Below, one piece after another: positions 57,523 through 64,000 of a stretch of 64,000 nt of DNA. The stretch is taken from assembly GCF_009914755.1 (NCBI RefSeq), contig NC_060935.1; one strand, written 5' to 3'. A program made the translations under genes and the position numbers. The DNA is from the human T2T-CHM13v2.0 reference genome, Homo sapiens. Position 1 is the first letter of the stretch. Each line of letters begins with the position of its first letter. Below the pieces are notes generated by a model. The model did no database searches, was not told the origin of the DNA, and saw only the letters and a program-made list of their open reading frames with translations.

Positions 57523-59400
57523 CTGTGAATAAAAGCATAGAACCCATGTAATAGCTACAGTGTCATGTTTTGTATTCAGAAAAGGTTTATAACAGTGTTT
57601 CTCGGGACCCAGGAAAGAAGAGAAAGCTATGTTATTAGAAGTCACTATGTACACTATTATCTCCAGCTGAATGTAAACTGTGCTCTTGATGGGAATAGCT
57701 AAAGAAACATCAAATTTAAAGAAGGAGTCATTAGATAATTTTTCCATTTCAAACAGTGCTTTCTGTGCTTGCTGGTTTTGACCTTCTTCTATTCCTTCAG
57801 AGGCCATCTCCCCCTCTCTCTGGAAGAGACTGTAAATAACTAATTATTTTAGAACAAGAAAGAGGCTTGATTCCCTTAGCTAATGTAATATGCATACTAG
57901 TCTGTATGAACGCTAGAAATCATTTCTTTCAAAAGACATTACAACTTTTATTATCCATCAAACTAAATCATCAAAATTATAGCTTCCCTCAAGTTTTTAA
58001 TAAGGTGATGCTGCTTGATAAACTACCACACATCTTTTGTCATCATATAAATATTTTAGTTTCATAACTCTCTCATAAATACTAGTAAGTATAGGATTGG
58101 AAATCCTTTCAGAAAGCAAATCATAGTGAAGCATCTATCCAGTTCTCCAACAAGACTCCCCAACTGATACATTAGTTCAAAAATAATCTTAAAAGCAGTC
58201 ACCATCAAACTTATTACAAAACTTGCATTCATCAAGAAACTATGCCAGAAAATTTCTGAGTTTAAATGTGTTCAAATCTGACTTCGTAGAGCATTTGATG
58301 TAACATTCAGGATAGTAAGAACAGAAGTAAAAGCTATCCATCCTCTTTAAGCTCTTAACCTTAGAGCTCTGCACCTCTTCTTAGAAACATCATTCCTCCA
58401 ATATTTCAGCCTAGATTTTTCTCACTGCTAATACTGCAATTCTGAGAAGAAGGCAAATTAACTAAAGTTATCATCATTAGCAGAGGAGTAACCTGTGTCA
58501 TAGATATGAACTGTACCACTTCTGAATGCTTTAGACATTTTTCTTAGCAAAGAAGTATAGATACGGATAACCAGTACTATAACCTGAAATACTGCACAAA
58601 AGCTTATAATTTCTTATCTTGCATCTGTCATTTAGAGGTAAATTAATTTCCTTAATTGCTAGAGACTAAGGAATACATTTTTACTCTGTATTTTTCAATA
58701 TTTAAGGGAACTATGTTGTTAGGTCCTCCTGCAATGTGAAAGGACTGCAAGGTCTGACTCTCACAACTAATTTAAAAATTGGGATCATTGTAGAAAGCCT
58801 CTTCCATCAAAGCCACGGGTTGTAAGAATAACCTTGCTTTTCAAGATTAGTTATACTGGGGCAAAACATTTTTTCCTTCTCTCTACTCAAATTCCTGAAG
58901 TCCCATTATACTTTTCTCAAAGAAGAGTTTATAATACAACCAGCGTGAAGTCACCATTCTCTATAGAAATGGCTTCTGATATATGAATTTAACAAATGAT
59001 AGGATATAATTCTATAAAACACTGATACTTAGCACTTCCCCACAAACCACATAAAACTTGTGAAGTCACCATTCTCTACAGAAATGACTTCTGATATGTG
59101 AATATCATAAATGATAGGCTATAATTCTATAAAACCACTGATACTTAGCACTTCCCTACAAATCACATAAACTCGTAGACTGATTTTAACCAATACAACT
59201 ATTTGACTTCTGTTTGAGGAAGTATTCAAACTCAGAATTTATTTTGACTGTTTTAAGACTTTGTAACTTGAGATGTCTCCAAAGAGAATGGTCTACAGAA
59301 AGGTACCACTTGGCAATGCAATGATAGCATATGTAATTGACACACTCTTAGGGAATCACTCTGCAAACCCCTGAACTTATAAGGGTATAGGTACTATTAA
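57523..59400 (-). pseudogene. Large 5' fossil coding block (one or two exons); last 99 codons (57819-57523) fully open
   Basis: Donor CAG|GTATAG, phase 0 matching the 45373 exon; same frame extends upstream with scattered stops (MLHYDLLSERISNPILTSIYERVMKLKYLYDDKRCVVVYQAASPY*); repeat-free 2 kb. Confidence 0.6.
58945..59175. repeat. ~115-bp tandem duplication, ~10% diverged
   Basis: gtgaagtcaccattctcta...ctgatacttagcacttccc...cacataaa twice. Confidence 0.93.
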
Positions 59401-59562
59401 GTAGACATCTCTGCTACAAAGCTAACAGGTTTGTGAAAGTATTCCTCTTCTTAAATTATTGCCAATTCTACCCACTTTGGTTAATCTATAAAATATTGAT
59501 ACGGTGGGCCCCCATCCTTACTCCTCCCATTAATTTGACATTGTAGGCTCTAGTCAATTATG

Positions 59563-60897
<1,335 letters not shown>

Positions 60898-61369
60898 CAT
60901 TAAGGCTGGCTTTCTTATTAGAAACAATTTCATGAAGAAAAAAATAAATATTTTCACTTTACAAGAACTATGCTTCTGGCAGAATGTACATGTTTGAGAA
61001 ATGTTTGCTGAGTGAACATATGTAAGTATAAATAAACTTTAAACACATTCTAGGAAGTTGAGATGATGTAAAAGAAAGCGAGAAAGTTCCATAGTCATTT
61101 TCTACATGTTCTTCTATGCTCAAAAAATCTTTATGGTCTCATGGTACAAGGGAAGAAGTTTAGACCTATTAATGAAATATTAGGAACCATAAACAATTGG
61201 CCCCTAATGCCTTTCCAGACTTCTCTTCTGTTACAACCTAACATCCTTCCAAATCCAAAATAAATACTAAGCGTCAAGCAACTTAACATACTACTTCAGG
61301 ACTTTTGCTGAAGCAGTGCAAATGCCTTTTCTCTTTAGCATGTGTTCAAGCTCCACTTACATTCCACTT

Positions 61370-61915
61370 ACTGTTGCTACATAATAAATTAATCCCAAAC
61401 ATAGCTTAAATTAAGGATCACCTTATCATGGTCAAGGAGTATGGGGATTAGGAATTCACGTAGCACAAAGAGGCGATGGCTTGTCTTTGCTTTACAACGT
61501 CCAGGGCCTCAGTTAGGACAACCTGGAGACTGAAGATGATGCAACAGTTTGAGGCTGGAATCATCTTAAGTCTTGTCCACTCATACGCCTGGCACCTGGG
61601 CTAGGAGATTCAAAGGCTATGACTGCCAAACAGAGTACCAACCCTTGGCCTTTCCAAATTGCTTGATTTCTTCAAAGAATGAAGACCTCAGAGTAGTCAG
61701 ACTTCTTACATTGCAGGCTCAGGGATCTAAGTGCAAGTATTCCAAGAAAAAGGAATACATCTGGATCATTATTTATGACCCAGCCTCAGAAGTGCATATT
61801 CTTTTGTTCCAATCAGTTATGAGACCACCCAGATTTAAGGAAAGAAGAAAGAGGTATACATCTTGATGGGAGGGGTATAAAAGAGCTTTAGGGCTGTGTT
61901 TAAAAACTACCACAG
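61370..61915 (-). mobile_element. Old MLT1 LTR
   Basis: ttactgttgctacataataaattaatcccaaac...gacccagcctcagaagtg. Confidence 0.7.
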
Positions 61916-62161
61916 CTTTTATAATCATGCCAAATTTTTACCTCCAAGAAAATGTTTACAAACTCTTCCTAGGCAAACTTAAATTCTCCCAAAATACTCT
62001 TAGTATTTTATAGTTATTATCATCACAGGACTTAATATAACCTTCCATTTAATTGGGAGTTCCTCGAGAGATGGGCTTCATAATTTGTATACCCCATTAC
62101 AGCACCTGGTATAGTGCTCTATACTAATGTCACAAATACATTTTTTCAATATTTATTCTAT

Positions 62162-64000
62162 AGTCAAACTATCCCTGTTTGCAGATGACATGATTCTACA
62201 CCTAGGAAATGTCACGGTCTTGGCCCAAAAGTTCCTTCAGCTGATAAACAACTTCAGCTAAGTTTCAGGATACAATATCAACATACAAACACCACTAGCA
62301 TTCCCATACACCAACAACAGCCAAGCTGAAAGCCAAATCAGGAATGCAGTTCCATTCACAATTGCCAAAAAAAGAAAGAGATACCTAGGAATACAGCTAA
62401 CCAGGAAGGTGAAAGAGGTCTACAATGAGAATTACAAAACACTGCTCAAAGAAATCAGAGATGACACAAACAAATGGAAAAAACATTCCATGCTTATCAG
62501 AGAAGTATCAATATTGTTAAAATGGCCATATTGCCCAAAGAAATTTATAGATTTAATGCTATTCCTATCAGACTATCAATGACGTTCTTCAAAAACTAGA
62601 AAAAACATTTTAAAATTCATATGGAACCAAAAAAGGGCCAGAATAACCAAGGCAAATCTAAGCAAAAAGAACAAGGCTAGAAGCATCATGTTACCCGATT
62701 TCAAACTATACTACAGGGCTACAGTAACCAAAACAGCACGGGGCTGCCACAAAATCAGACACATAGACCAATGGAACAGAATAAAGAACCCAGAAGTAAG
62801 GCTGCATAACTACAATCATCCAATCTTGAACAAAGCCGACAAAAAACAAGCACTGGGGAAAGGACTCCCTATTTAACAAATAGTGCTGCAATAACTGGCT
62901 AGCCGTATGCAGAAAATTGAAACTGGACCCCTTCGTTACATCACATACAAAAATTAACTCAAGATAGAATAAAAACTTAAATGTAAAACCCAAAACAATA
63001 AAAACCCTGGAAGACAACCTAGGCAATACCATTCTAAATATAGGAACTGGCAAAGAGTTCATGACAAAGATGCCAAAAGCAATTGCAACAAAAGAAAAAT
63101 TGACAAATGGGATCTAATTAAACTAAAGAGCTTCTGCACAGCAAAAGAAACTATCAACAGAGTAAACGACAACCTACAGAATGGGAGAAAATTTTTGCAA
63201 GCTATGTATTGACAAAGGTCTAATATTCAGCAACTCTAAGGAACTTAAATTTGCAAGAAAAAATAACCCCATTAAAAAGTGGGCAAAGGACATGAACAGA
63301 CATTTTTCAAAAGAAGACATGCATGTGGCCAATGACCATATGAAAAAAGCTCAATTTCACTAATCATTAGGGAAATGCAAACCAAAACCACAATGAGATA
63401 CCATCTCACACCAGTCAGAATGGCTATTATTAAAAAGTAAAAAAAAAAAAAAAAATAGATGCTGACAAGGTTGTGGAGAAAAGGGAACACTTATACACTC
63501 TTGGGAGGAGTGTAAATTAGTTCAACCATTGTGGAAAGCAGTGTGGAAATTCCTCAAAGAGCTAAAAGCAGAACTATCATTTGACCCAGCGATCCCATTA
63601 GTGGGTATATACCCAAAGGAGTATAACTCGTTCTATCATAAAGACACATGCACCCATATGTTTACTGCAGTACTATTCACAATAGCAAAGAGATGAAGTC
63701 AACCTAAATGTCCATCAATGGTAGACTGGATACAGAAAATGTGGTACAAATACACCATGGAATACTATGCAGCCATAAAAAAGAATGAGATCATGTCCTG
63801 TGCAGGAACATGAATGGAGCTGGAGGCCATTATCCTTAGCAAACTAACAGAAAAACTGAAAACCAAATACTGCATGTTCTCACTTTGAGGGAGCTAAACG
63901 ATGAGAACCTATGGGCAAAAAGAGGGCAACTACAGACACTGGGACCTACTTAAGGGTGGAGGAGGGAAGAAGGGAGAGAATCAGGAAAAATAACTGCTAG
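62162..64000 (+). mobile_element. 5'-truncated L1PA (L1PA13-16-like) ORF2 3' half + 3'UTR
   Basis: ctgtttgcagatgacatgatt (LFADDMI), [31 protein letters not shown]. Confidence 0.93.

Overview
Primate (probably human) genomic DNA, AT-rich and dense in interspersed repeats: about 25 Alus, many L1 fragments, L2/MIR, Tigger, MaLR LTRs, an LTR8/HUERS-P1 remnant, MER21, LTR12C and a complete THE1. No intact gene is visible, and most listed ORFs are repeat artefacts. The main observation is in the non-repeat islands. They hold a chain of about 20 minus-strand segments (~59.4 kb down to ~6.8 kb) bounded by AG/GT splice sites, with open or stop-poor frames and several phase-compatible junctions, but also stops, frameshifts, dead donors and an Alu inside one exon. 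This reads as a large unprocessed (probably unitary) fossil gene whose product I cannot name. It converges tail-to-tail on what look like the last two exons of a plus-strand gene (3514-3691), and a co-oriented LTR12C lies in one of its introns. All calls were made by eye. Repeat subfamilies and some reading frames are tentative.
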